A stretch of 64,000 nucleotides of DNA from an uncultured Acidimicrobiaceae bacterium. Its GTDB lineage: Bacteria; Actinomycetota; Acidimicrobiia; Acidimicrobiales; RAAP-2. The translations under genes were made by a program, and so were the position numbers. Shown piece by piece: positions 19,481 to 28,964 of the stretch. The DNA lies in the NCBI GenBank assembly GCA_964621235.1, contig CAZULR010000001.1, positions 1,058 through 65,057 on the forward strand, in the 5' to 3' direction. Every line of letters begins with the position of its first letter. The first letter of the stretch is position 1. Below the pieces are notes generated by a model. The model did no database searches. It had not been told where the DNA came from and was given only the letters and a program-made list of their open reading frames with translations.

Positions 19481-19914
19481 ACAAACGACCGACCTGAGGG
19501 TGAGCCAGGGATCTCCCCAGATAGCTGGCCCAAGGTCCCTTGGACAGGTGTACGCACACGAAACCTCGGAGCACTCCAGTCGGACTGCGGCAAGGCTACC
19601 TCACCCGGCCTGGGCCAGCATCCTCAATCTTGGGGAGATTGACCGACGGTTTCGACGTCGCCGCGGCGTCGGAGGAGGCACCGGAGCCCGACGTCGAGAA
19701 CTCGGTGGCCAGGTTCGTTGCCGAACTCGTCGTCCGGCGAAACAGCGACTCCGGATTGCCCCGTGCCTCCCGCCCACCCCAGTCAGCCACGGAATTCGGC
19801 AACTGCAGTCGCGGACGGCACCGAGCCGGCCCGGTCAACTGCCGACAGTGACCAGCCGGCCACGTACGAGGACCACTAGCCGTTGGGGGAAGAAACACCC
19901 GCCGATCAGGTAAG

Positions 19915-21570
19915 ATGCTGGCCCGGTCGTCGAGGCAGGACAGGGGCATGATCGAACGCATCAACTATTGGGGACCATTGCGTCGGGGCTGGCGCCTGCT
20001 TGTCGCGCTCGCGATCGTCTTTGCGGTGGTCGCCGTGCTCCTTCCCCAGTCGAAGAGTCCGAAGGTCGTCCAGAACAAGTATGACTGGCGGGCCGCTTCC
20101 TATGTGGCGGCGCTCTCGACCGATGGCATCGCATCGGCCGGTGTCACCTCGCACACCATTCTCTTCTGGGCCAACAACTTCTACACCAAGAGCGCAGCGA
20201 TTGTCGCTGCCGGGCAGGCGTCCGAGGCGGACCAGCTGCTTCAGCACATGAAGGCTTCGACGGTCGGCTTCACTGTCGTCACGCACAAGTTGAAAACCAA
20301 GGCGAAGAAGGCCACCACGAGCACGACCACGAAGGCGGGATCGCAGAGTTCCCAGTACGTGCAGCTGTTGGTCGGTGGGTCGAGTGTGGACAATGCCGTC
20401 AAGCTGGCCAATGCGTATGCCACGGCGACCGAGAACGCGGTCAACAAGGCATATGCGGACTATCTGGCCGGCCTGTCAAAGCAACAGTTGACGGTCAAAC
20501 CCAGTGCGACGAGTGGGTTGGTGCTCGTCGCTCCTGCCATAAACAGTCATGCCGCGAAAGTGGTCGCGAAGGCCCCGAAGAGCTCGCAGCTGGGGCGCAA
20601 GGAACGCGGTCTCATCGGCCTGGGCGTCGGATTGGTGCTCGGTGCGCTGATCATCCTGGTGCGAGAGTTGTTGAATCGGACCCTGCAGACCACGGCGGGT
20701 ACCGAAGCGTCGTTCCTCTACCCGGTCATCGCTGAAGTACCCGAGCATGAGGGAAGTGGTGGCCACCAACCGGCAACCGTCTTGGCGGTCGTCGACGATC
20801 CGGTATCCCCGGCCGCCGAGGCGTATCGCATGCTCCGAATGTCGCTCCTCTTCGAGGGCCTTGCCGACGTGACGACGTACGACGACCCGTACGGTGCGGC
20901 GATGGCCGGCGGGCCACCAGCAGCGAGGGGTACCTACCAGCCTCCGGATCCTGGCAGCCGACAGGTGGTCCTGGTCGTGTCGCCGGGACAAGAGGCGTCC
21001 CGACCGATTCTGACGGCGAATCTCGCTGCGGCCTACGCCGAGGCTGGTGAGCGGGTGATCGTGATCAGCACCCGCGACATCGATTCGGGGCGCGCGACGG
21101 GCCTTGCCGGGTCACGAACCGCCCGAGTGGAGAAGGAGGACGTGGTGGCGAGACTCGAGCCCGCCAACCTCGAGGGCGTCTCCCGACTGTCGCTTCGACC
21201 CTTCATCGCCAGTGGCGGGCAACTGGCGACCCGTGCACCGGACATCCTCGCCATCGTGCGCCAACTGACTGACGTCGTGATCATCGAGACGCCGCCGCTC
21301 CTGGCTGTCCACCACGGTGAGGCATTGATCCATTCGGTCGATGTGGTGGTCGTGGTGGCCGAAGCACGCACGACCCCGATCGCCCACGCCCAGCGGGCCG
21401 GCGAGATCCTTCGCCGGATGGGTGCGCCCGTCCTCGGGGTGGCACTCACCAACGTTCGGCTCTCTCCTCGCGACGTTCGCAAGACGTCCGAACCCCCTGG
21501 ATCGATTGCCTCGCCGGAACTGGAGCCCGCCGGACCGATGGAATCGATCGGGGAAGCCACCTCGGCGTAG
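19915..21570 (+). CDS. polysaccharide co-polymerase (Wzz/PCP-2-like) fused to a degenerate BY-kinase-like P-loop domain
   Basis: 551 aa. Two helices flank a roughly 200-aa loop. The C-terminal domain aligns by eye with CpsD/Wzc kinases, but Walker A reads SPGQEASRP (20980-21006) instead of PGEGKST. Walker B-like DVVIIETPP. No C-terminal Tyr cluster. Alternative start ATG 19948. Confidence 0.75.
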   Translation: MLARSSRQDRGMIERINYWGPLRRGWRLLVALAIVFAVVAVLLPQSKSPKVVQNKYDWRAASYVAALSTDGIASAGVTSHTILFWANNFYTKSAAIVAAGQASEADQLLQHMKASTVGFTVVTHKLKTKAKKATTSTTTKAGSQSSQYVQLLVGGSSVDNAVKLANAYATATENAVNKAYADYLAGLSKQQLTVKPSATSGLVLVAPAINSHAAKVVAKAPKSSQLGRKERGLIGLGVGLVLGALIILVRELLNRTLQTTAGTEASFLYPVIAEVPEHEGSGGHQPATVLAVVDDPVSPAAEAYRMLRMSLLFEGLADVTTYDDPYGAAMAGGPPAARGTYQPPDPGSRQVVLVVSPGQEASRPILTANLAAAYAEAGERVIVISTRDIDSGRATGLAGSRTARVEKEDVVARLEPANLEGVSRLSLRPFIASGGQLATRAPDILAIVRQLTDVVIIETPPLLAVHHGEALIHSVDVVVVVAEARTTPIAHAQRAGEILRRMGAPVLGVALTNVRLSPRDVRKTSEPPGSIASPELEPAGPMESIGEATSA

Positions 21571-21594
21571 CCGGACCGGCACTCCAGACCATCC

Positions 21595-22950
21595 ATGGTT
21601 GCCGCGACCGCCGCCTTTCCGTCAAATCCATATGTCGGCGTCCTCGTCGCGGTCGTGCTCTTCGCCATCACCCGACCGATCATCAAACGGGTGGCGATCG
21701 CGGAGGCGAAGCCGTGGCTCGTAGGGATCCTGACGGCGAGCCTGATCCTGCACCTGCTGGCGGCGCCCGCCCAGATCTACGTCGTCGATCACCTCTATCA
21801 CGGCGTCGCAGACTGGATCCGGTACGACAGCAAGGGTGCATCACTCGCCCCCGGTTTCCGCCACTTCAACTTCTCGATCGATCAGGCGAATCTGGGCGGC
21901 ATCGTCAACAACGGCTCGGTCAGCATCGCTGCCGGAATCGTGTTCATGTTCGTCGGCGTCAATCAGGTCGCCGGCTTCCTGGTGTTCAGCTGGCTCGCGT
22001 TCCTCGGAACGATCCTGTTCTTCCGGGCCTTCAGCCTGACGTTCGCCGGCGCCGATTCCCGTCGGTACGCCTACCTCCTCTTCTTCTTCCCGTCGATCAT
22101 CTTCTGGACCGCGGACGTCTCCAAGGAATCAATCATGATGCTGTCGCTGGGCATCATCTCCTATGGAGCGGCCAAGATGCTGGCCCGCCAGCGCGGAGGG
22201 TTCATCCTCGTCGTCGTCGGTGCGGCCCTCGGGATCGTCATCCGGCCCAATGACCTGCTGGTGATGATGGCAGGCTTCACGGTGGGGATGATGGTTGCCC
22301 AATCGGGCGGACAACGGAATCCGGGTGCCTTCGGACGGGTGGTCCGACTGTTGTTCTTCGGGCTGCTCCTGGCCTCCTCGCTCTACTTCACCCTCCACTA
22401 CCTGCACTCATCGGGGAAGTCGTTCTCCCTCCAAGCCACGGCCAGCAACAACAGTGGTTCCGGTGCAGGCTTCGGCAGTAGCGGCGTTCCCTATTCGAGC
22501 AGCCCGATCACCTACCCTCGAGACATCTATTCGGTGCTGTTCGATCCGCTGCCCATCAACGCCCACAGCGGCAGCCAGTTGGTCGCCGCAGCGGAAAACA
22601 GCATCATCATCGTCTTGATCCTGACCTCGTACCGCCAACTCCGGATAGTTCCGCGAGCATCTATCGCCCGGGCCTACGTGATGATGTGTGTCGTCTATTC
22701 CATCCTCTTCATCTATTCGTTTGCCGCCCTGGGAAACCTCGGACTCATCACAAGAGAACGCACGCTCCTGTTCCCGTTCCTCCTCGTGCTCCTCTGCATC
22801 CCGCTTTCGCCCAAGGGAAGTTATGTCCGCTATGAGTGGGAGATGCGGCGCCGGGACCGACTGAGGATGCGCTTCCGTCGGCCGGCGCCGCGACCGGGCC
22901 CCGATCCGCGCCGGCACCCACCCGACGGTCGCGTGGTGGTGAGGAACTGA
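21595..22950 (+). CDS. polytopic membrane protein, candidate Wzy-like polymerase
   Basis: 451 aa with at least 10 hydrophobic helices, immediately downstream of the PCP gene. The function is assigned by context only. Confidence 0.6.
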   Translation: MVAATAAFPSNPYVGVLVAVVLFAITRPIIKRVAIAEAKPWLVGILTASLILHLLAAPAQIYVVDHLYHGVADWIRYDSKGASLAPGFRHFNFSIDQANLGGIVNNGSVSIAAGIVFMFVGVNQVAGFLVFSWLAFLGTILFFRAFSLTFAGADSRRYAYLLFFFPSIIFWTADVSKESIMMLSLGIISYGAAKMLARQRGGFILVVVGAALGIVIRPNDLLVMMAGFTVGMMVAQSGGQRNPGAFGRVVRLLFFGLLLASSLYFTLHYLHSSGKSFSLQATASNNSGSGAGFGSSGVPYSSSPITYPRDIYSVLFDPLPINAHSGSQLVAAAENSIIIVLILTSYRQLRIVPRASIARAYVMMCVVYSILFIYSFAALGNLGLITRERTLLFPFLLVLLCIPLSPKGSYVRYEWEMRRRDRLRMRFRRPAPRPGPDPRRHPPDGRVVVRN

Positions 22951-23004
22951 CCGGGGCGTCCCTTCAGGGTGCGCCGGTCGGTGCCCGGTTGGACCGGACG
23001 GTGC

Positions 23005-24156
23005 CTACGGCAGGAGCGGCTCGATCAACCCGGACCAGATCCGACACACCGATTCGATGCTGAACTGCTCCACGCACCGTTGGCGCGCCGTTGTTCCCAA
23101 GCGAAGGCGCAGCGCATCGTCATCCAGCAAACGGGCCACGGCGGTCGTCAGTCCGGCGCCGTCCCGTTCAGGCACGATCAGCCCCGTTTCGCCGTCGACG
23201 ACGATCGTGCGAACACCGGGTACGTCCGTCGCCACCACGGGGACACCGGAGAGCCCGGCTTCGATCAGGACCCCGGGCATGCCCTCGCCGGCTGGTCGGC
23301 TGGGGAACACCATGATGTCGGCGCCCCGAAGCAGTTCGTCGACGTCGGATCGGGAGCCGAGCAGCTCTACCCGGGCTTCGGCTGCGGGCCGCACGAGTGA
23401 GTCGTGCAAGGGTCCGTCGCCGATCAATTGGGCGTGGAATCCGTACCCCTCGGCCCGAAGGGCAGCCACCACCTCGATGAAGCGGTTCGGCTGCTTTCCC
23501 TCGGTCAGGGCCCCCACGAATACCACCAGCTTCTGTGTCCGTGCCCCGTCCCGGGCACGGGGGTGAAACCGGTCCGGATCCCGCCCGTTCGGCGTCATGA
23601 CCACCCGCTCGGGTGGGACACCGAGCAGAGCGGTGCACTCGTTCTGGACCTCGTACCCCTCGGCGGCGACCACGTCTGCCTTCGACATGACGAAGCGCCA
23701 GAACTGATGTTGCAGGAAGCGGTCGCGCGGCCCCGCGTAGGTTCCGATGGCGTAGTAGGCGAGTGGTCGTCGCCGACCGATCTGGGCCGGTACCAGGTAC
23801 TTCAATGGATCGCCCCCGTGGGCTACCACCAGGTCCGGTCGCAGCCGATCCAGCGACCGCCGGAGTGGCCGGACGGCGCGCACGTCAAATCCCCGCGCAG
23901 CTGCTCCGCCGCTCGGGAGGTCGAGAGAGATGTCCGCCTCGACTTCTGGAGGGCTCTCGAACAGGGCCAGGACGCGGTGCCTACGGATTCCTGGCCGATC
24001 CAGGTGATCGGCCAGTGCCCTGGCCTCCCGCTGCGCACCGCGGGCGACGGTTGTCGGGATGACATGGAGGACCAACGGGGTCCGCGGTTGCATCGGCTGC
24101 GTGTTCACGACGAGTGCCCCGTGCTCATGGCCACCCACTCTAGGACCAGGCGTCAC
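23005..24156 (-). CDS. GT-B glycosyltransferase, family 4
   Basis: 383 aa. C-terminal EX7E region: FPSRPAGEGMPGVLIEAGLSGVPVVATDVPGV. Confidence 0.9.
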   Translation of the reverse strand: MTPGPRVGGHEHGALVVNTQPMQPRTPLVLHVIPTTVARGAQREARALADHLDRPGIRRHRVLALFESPPEVEADISLDLPSGGAAARGFDVRAVRPLRRSLDRLRPDLVVAHGGDPLKYLVPAQIGRRRPLAYYAIGTYAGPRDRFLQHQFWRFVMSKADVVAAEGYEVQNECTALLGVPPERVVMTPNGRDPDRFHPRARDGARTQKLVVFVGALTEGKQPNRFIEVVAALRAEGYGFHAQLIGDGPLHDSLVRPAAEARVELLGSRSDVDELLRGADIMVFPSRPAGEGMPGVLIEAGLSGVPVVATDVPGVRTIVVDGETGLIVPERDGAGLTTAVARLLDDDALRLRLGTTARQRCVEQFSIESVCRIWSGLIEPLLP

Positions 24157-24329
24157 GACGGCCCGACTCCCGGGTCAGGCCCTGAACCCGGGGAATTCCG
24201 GTCCGACGAGGGTCGGATCGATGTCCGGAGAAGAGCTGGTCTGGTACTGTCCCAGGCCGGTCGAAGGCGCGTGTGGTATCTCGGACGGTGTCCGGTAGCT
24301 GACGCTCGGAACCGAGAATCGGGGCGTAC

Positions 24330-25550
24330 GTGAGAACGTTGGTCATCGCCGGCGACTATCCCTGGCCGGAGAACAGTGGCGCCAGGATGAGGTTGCGGAC
24401 GACGTTGGAAGGCCTGGCTTCGTGTGGTCCGACGGAACTGCTCGCCATCGTCCCGAGTGCCCGTTCGGACTTCGAGCCTCCGGACCCGACGTTGGATCTG
24501 GCTCGGGTCGCCCGGGTGAGCTACGACAACCGGTCGATCACCGCATGGTCGGGTCTTCGGGGCCTGGCTCGTACCGGGATCCCGATGACGTTGCCGTGGG
24601 CGGCCCGTCGCACCGTCCGACCCGCTGTGGCGAACTTCATGTCCGGCCACTACGACCTGGTGTGGATCTTCGGGACCCGGGCATGGCTGCTGGGTGGGGA
24701 GCCGTCGGCTGCCCACACGATCCTCGATCTCGATGATCTCGAGGACCAGAAAATTCTGGCGCGGCTGAGCATCCCCCGATCGGCGACGAGCGGACTCGTC
24801 GGTCGCCTTCGGCGGTCTGGGGCGACGATGTTCTCCAAGGAGGAAGTGCGTCGGTGGCGCCGACTCCATCGTCGTGCCCAACGCCGCACCGAGCGCCTGG
24901 TGGTGTGCAGCGAACTCGATGCTGGTCGGCTCGTCCGAACCGGCGTCACCGGTGCCGCGGTTATCCCGAATGCGTATCCGCGGGTGGAGCATCCCGTGGG
25001 CCGTACAGAGGTCGCGTCGCCCCCGACGGTGACATTGCCGGGAAGCCTCCGGTATGCACCCAACGTGCAGGCGGCCCGATTCCTGGTGCGCGAGATCGGA
25101 CCACTCCTCCGGGAACAGGTTCCTGACGTGGGGATCCGTCTCGTCGGTTCGGTGGCACCGAACCTGACCGACCTGAACGACCCCCCGGCGGTTGTCGTCG
25201 TCGGGCACGTTCCGGACATCGGGGTCGAACTGGCCCGAGCGGACCTCATCGTGGTGCCGATTCTCTTCGGCAGCGGCACACGCATCAAGATCCTCGAAGC
25301 GTTCGCCCAGCGGATTCCTGTCGTGTCCACGACACTCGGGGCAGAAGGACTTGGCGTCGAGGACGGACATCATCTCCTGATCGGTGACGATCCGGAGTCG
25401 ATCGCGTCGGCGTGCGCCCGACTGCTCACGGATCCGGCCCTGAGGGAGCGCCTGGTGTCCAACGCCTACGTGCTCTACCTGGCGGAGTTCGAGCGCACAC
25501 GGGTTGTCGAGGTCGTCCGCAACCTCGCTACGGAGGTTGCGGGATCCTGA
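24330..25550 (+). CDS. GT-B glycosyltransferase, family 4
   Basis: 406 aa. FGSGTRIKILEAFAQRIPVVSTTLGAEGL. Paralogous by eye to 45853..47160. Confidence 0.9.
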   Translation: MRTLVIAGDYPWPENSGARMRLRTTLEGLASCGPTELLAIVPSARSDFEPPDPTLDLARVARVSYDNRSITAWSGLRGLARTGIPMTLPWAARRTVRPAVANFMSGHYDLVWIFGTRAWLLGGEPSAAHTILDLDDLEDQKILARLSIPRSATSGLVGRLRRSGATMFSKEEVRRWRRLHRRAQRRTERLVVCSELDAGRLVRTGVTGAAVIPNAYPRVEHPVGRTEVASPPTVTLPGSLRYAPNVQAARFLVREIGPLLREQVPDVGIRLVGSVAPNLTDLNDPPAVVVVGHVPDIGVELARADLIVVPILFGSGTRIKILEAFAQRIPVVSTTLGAEGLGVEDGHHLLIGDDPESIASACARLLTDPALRERLVSNAYVLYLAEFERTRVVEVVRNLATEVAGS

Positions 25551-25563
25551 GTGGTCCCCGTAG

Positions 25564-26733
25564 TCACCGGCGGTCACGCCGTGGAGAGAGTCGCCGATAG
25601 GCCGACAGGGTCCTCCGGATGACTTCCCGGTCGTCGAACTCCGCTTCGGCCTTGCGCCGACCGTTGGCGCCCATGGACGTGCGCAGGTCCCCGTCGTCGG
25701 CCAGTTGCATGATGCGCTGCGTCAGGCGGTCAACATCGTGGAGCGGGACGAGGAAACCGGATCTCCCGTCCTCCACCGCCTGACGACACCCACGGATATC
25801 GGTGGCGACGACCGGAAGCCCACTGGCGGCGGCCTCCATCGCCGATCGCGGGAACCCTTCACGGTAGGACGGCAGCAGGAACATGTCGAAGCCGCAGTAG
25901 AGCTCACTTATGTCGTCACGATGGCCGAGGAACGTGATGTTTCCGATGTCCGTGGCTCCGGCGATATCGGTGTCATCGAGGGCGTCGCCCTTCGCAGCAT
26001 CGTGGGGGCCGATGATCACGAACGACACCTCGGGTCGGGCGGTTCGCACGCGACGGGCCACGGCGAACAGCTCCCGGAAGCCCTTCTGCCATACGAGCCG
26101 ACCGACCAGTCCGACCACGATGGCTCCCGGTCCCGCTCCGAGTCGTGCACGCGCGGCCGCCACCTCCGCGGACGAGCGAGGCGGACGGTACTGCACCAAA
26201 TCCACGCCGTTGCCGAGGAGTTCGAGCTTCCGCTCGGGCACCCCCAGTTGGCGCATCACCTGGAGATCCTCGGGATTCTGGAACAGTTCGACGTCGGAAC
26301 AGGTGGAGGCCAATCGCTCGAGCGCGTACACGGCGGCCTTGCGACGTCCGGAGTCCTCGGGCGCGGCGTAGAGCCCGTGCACGGTGTTGACGATTCCGGG
26401 TACCCCGGCGGCGCGGGCGGTGATGCGACCGTAGATCCCCGGCTTCGGATTGTGGGTGTGCACGATGTCGGGGCGGAGCCGCCTGAAGAGTCGGCCGAGC
26501 TCGATGAAGGCGGCCAGATCGTCGGCAGGGGACACGGACCTCGTGGCGTGACGGAGAGAAACGTGTTCGATACCCCACTCGGCGAGAGTCGGCACGAATG
26601 GGCCTGGAGCAGATACCCCGATCACCTCCATGCCTTCTGCGGCAAAGGCGCGCAGCTGGGGTCCGAGGAGGAGGGCCAGGCTGATGTCCGCCGTCGTGAC
26701 GTGTACGAGTCGCTTGCCTTCGAGGTCGATCAT
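25564..26733 (-). CDS. GT-B glycosyltransferase, family 4
   Basis: 389 aa. PSYREGFPRSAMEAAASGLPVVATDIRGCRQAV. Confidence 0.9.
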   Translation of the reverse strand: MIDLEGKRLVHVTTADISLALLLGPQLRAFAAEGMEVIGVSAPGPFVPTLAEWGIEHVSLRHATRSVSPADDLAAFIELGRLFRRLRPDIVHTHNPKPGIYGRITARAAGVPGIVNTVHGLYAAPEDSGRRKAAVYALERLASTCSDVELFQNPEDLQVMRQLGVPERKLELLGNGVDLVQYRPPRSSAEVAAARARLGAGPGAIVVGLVGRLVWQKGFRELFAVARRVRTARPEVSFVIIGPHDAAKGDALDDTDIAGATDIGNITFLGHRDDISELYCGFDMFLLPSYREGFPRSAMEAAASGLPVVATDIRGCRQAVEDGRSGFLVPLHDVDRLTQRIMQLADDGDLRTSMGANGRRKAEAEFDDREVIRRTLSAYRRLSPRRDRR

Positions 26734-27917
26734 CTGCGGCCTCGAGCCAGGCGACGATAGTCGGCTTCGACCTCTGCGGTGGCGGCCGCGACGTCGAAGA
26801 CCTCGCTCGTCTCCTTTGCGGCACGACCGAGGCGCTGACGTAGTTCAGCATCGTCGACGAGGCGCTCGAGCGCCTCGGCCAGCGCCGTCGGTCGGCCCGG
26901 TGGGACCAACAGCCCATTGCGCCCGTCGGTGATGACTTGGGGAATGCCACCCACTGCGGTGGCCACGATGGGGAGGCCCACGCTGGTCGCCTCCATGAGG
27001 ACGACCGGCATGCCTTCGTGGTGGGAGGCGAGGACGAAGATGTCGGCGCCCACCAGCAGTCTGGAGACATCACCTCGAGCACCCAGGAAAAGGAACCGTT
27101 CCCCGAGGTGCAGTTCCTGATGCTTGGCCCGCAGCTCCGTGTCGAGTGGCCCGGCGCCGACCGACACGACGCTGGCTGCCACGCCGTGGTCGGCCAGCAG
27201 TCGGGTGGTGTCGAGTAGGACGTCGTATCCCTTTTCTGCTCGGAGGTTGGCCACGGTGAGGATGACCAGATCGGGGTCCTCGATCCCCAGTTCTGAGCGA
27301 ACCTGCTCGCGAATCCGACCCCGGTCCTCCAGCAGTTCCTCCGCCCGTGCGAGATCGACCCCGTGCACCACGACGTGGGACTGCGCACGCACAGAGCGGG
27401 GCAGAGCTTCCTGGGTCGCTTGGGACACGGCGATCACGGCGCCGTCACGCCTGATCGTCGCCCGATTGAGTGCCCGCAATGGAATGGCCATCTTGTTCCA
27501 CAGGCTGTGTTCGGTCGTCATGGTCGCCGGGCGTCGATTCCGGGGGATGGTGGCCACGACGATCCGTCCCAGCCCGGAGGCGTAGGGGAGATGGAAGTGG
27601 ACCACGTCGAACCGGCCCTCGACGACGAGGCGGCGAAGCCGGCCCATCCATCGGAGGTCACGATTGCTGCGGGCTCCGAGGGCGTGCACCGGAGTTCCGG
27701 TCGCCGCGACGTACGGCACCAGAGCGTGCTGGGCTTCCAGCACGTACGCGACCTCGTAGTGGAAGTCCTGACGGTTGCGGTGGACGATCGTGTCCACCAG
27801 GAGCCGTTCGGCACCACCGAATCCCAGGCACTTGATGACCACCAGTATCCGAAGCTGCTTCCGGGGGGTGTGCTGGGACGCGTGCTCTACCCTTGCGGTG
27901 AAGCCCCCAGGTTGCAC
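26730..27917 (-). CDS. GT-B glycosyltransferase, family 4
   Basis: 395 aa. ASHHEGMPVVLMEATSVGLPIVATAVGGIPQVI. 4-nt stop/start overlap with the downstream GT4 gene. Confidence 0.9.
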   Translation of the reverse strand: MQPGGFTARVEHASQHTPRKQLRILVVIKCLGFGGAERLLVDTIVHRNRQDFHYEVAYVLEAQHALVPYVAATGTPVHALGARSNRDLRWMGRLRRLVVEGRFDVVHFHLPYASGLGRIVVATIPRNRRPATMTTEHSLWNKMAIPLRALNRATIRRDGAVIAVSQATQEALPRSVRAQSHVVVHGVDLARAEELLEDRGRIREQVRSELGIEDPDLVILTVANLRAEKGYDVLLDTTRLLADHGVAASVVSVGAGPLDTELRAKHQELHLGERFLFLGARGDVSRLLVGADIFVLASHHEGMPVVLMEATSVGLPIVATAVGGIPQVITDGRNGLLVPPGRPTALAEALERLVDDAELRQRLGRAAKETSEVFDVAAATAEVEADYRRLARGRR

Positions 27918-28034
27918 GGGTCAATGGTACCGTGCCCAGAGTATTTCGGGTCGGGAGCGTGGAGTACCATGGGAGCGGCGGCGGGGTCATTCTCATTATG
28001 ATTGGCTGGTCTGACTTGAGCCGAAGGGGTAGCG

Positions 28035-28964
28035 GTGTCAGAAGACGAACCTGAATCCTCCGTCCGGGGTTCGCTCCACGTCGTCGACATTTCGGCGATT
28101 CCCGACGAGCCACCGGACGACATCCTCTACAACCACCAAGCGGGGTTGCTGCCATCGGCGAAGCAGGTGTGGGCCCACCGCGAGATCATCTACACCTTGG
28201 CCGAGCGCGACTTCAAGGCGCAGTACAAAGAGGCGACCCTCGGGATCCTCTGGGCCATTCTCACCCCGGTGGCGACGTTGCTGGTTCTCATGGTGGTGTT
28301 CACACGGGTGAAGGGTTTCCACACCGGGGGGATCCCCTACCCCCTCTACGCCTTCGTCGGCATCCTCTGCTGGGGATACTTCTCGGCCTCGCTCGGATCC
28401 GGCGGGGGCTCTCTGCTCACCAACCGGGCGCTGTTGGCCAAGACGCAGTTCCCGCGTGAGTGCTTTCCGCTGGAGGTCATGCTCTTCAACGCGTTGAACA
28501 CGACACTCTCCCTGATCCCGTTGACCATCCTCTTCGTGATCTTCGGCCGTGCTCCGGCCATCGCCACGCTGTGGGTGCCGCTGTTCATCCTCATCGAGGT
28601 GGTGTTCGCCGCCGGAGTGACGCTCGCCGCGGCCAGCCTGATCATCCAGGCCCGCGACCTCGTGCAGGTAATCCCCCTGATCATCTCCCTCGGCATCTTC
28701 GCCACCCCGGTGATCTGGCCGTTCACGCTCATCCCGACCCATTATCACGTAGTGGGTGACTTCTATGTGAACCTCCAGGCCGTCTATGGGTTCTTCAATC
28801 CACTAGGTCCGGTGATCGCCAACGTGCGATTGACGATGTTGTCGGGACACGCGCCGAGCTGGATACCGCTGATTGCAGCGGCCGTCGGTGCGAGCCTGTA
28901 TCTGGTCGTGGGCTACAAGATCTTCAAGCGATACGAGGTGAACTTTGCCGACATCGCTGCCTGA
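28035..28964 (+). CDS. wzm: ABC-2 type polysaccharide export permease
   Basis: 309 aa with six helices. The N-terminal EIIYTLAERDFKAQYKEATLGILWAILTP box is typical of Wzm/TagG/KpsM permeases. Confidence 0.9.
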   Translation: MSEDEPESSVRGSLHVVDISAIPDEPPDDILYNHQAGLLPSAKQVWAHREIIYTLAERDFKAQYKEATLGILWAILTPVATLLVLMVVFTRVKGFHTGGIPYPLYAFVGILCWGYFSASLGSGGGSLLTNRALLAKTQFPRECFPLEVMLFNALNTTLSLIPLTILFVIFGRAPAIATLWVPLFILIEVVFAAGVTLAAASLIIQARDLVQVIPLIISLGIFATPVIWPFTLIPTHYHVVGDFYVNLQAVYGFFNPLGPVIANVRLTMLSGHAPSWIPLIAAAVGASLYLVVGYKIFKRYEVNFADIAA

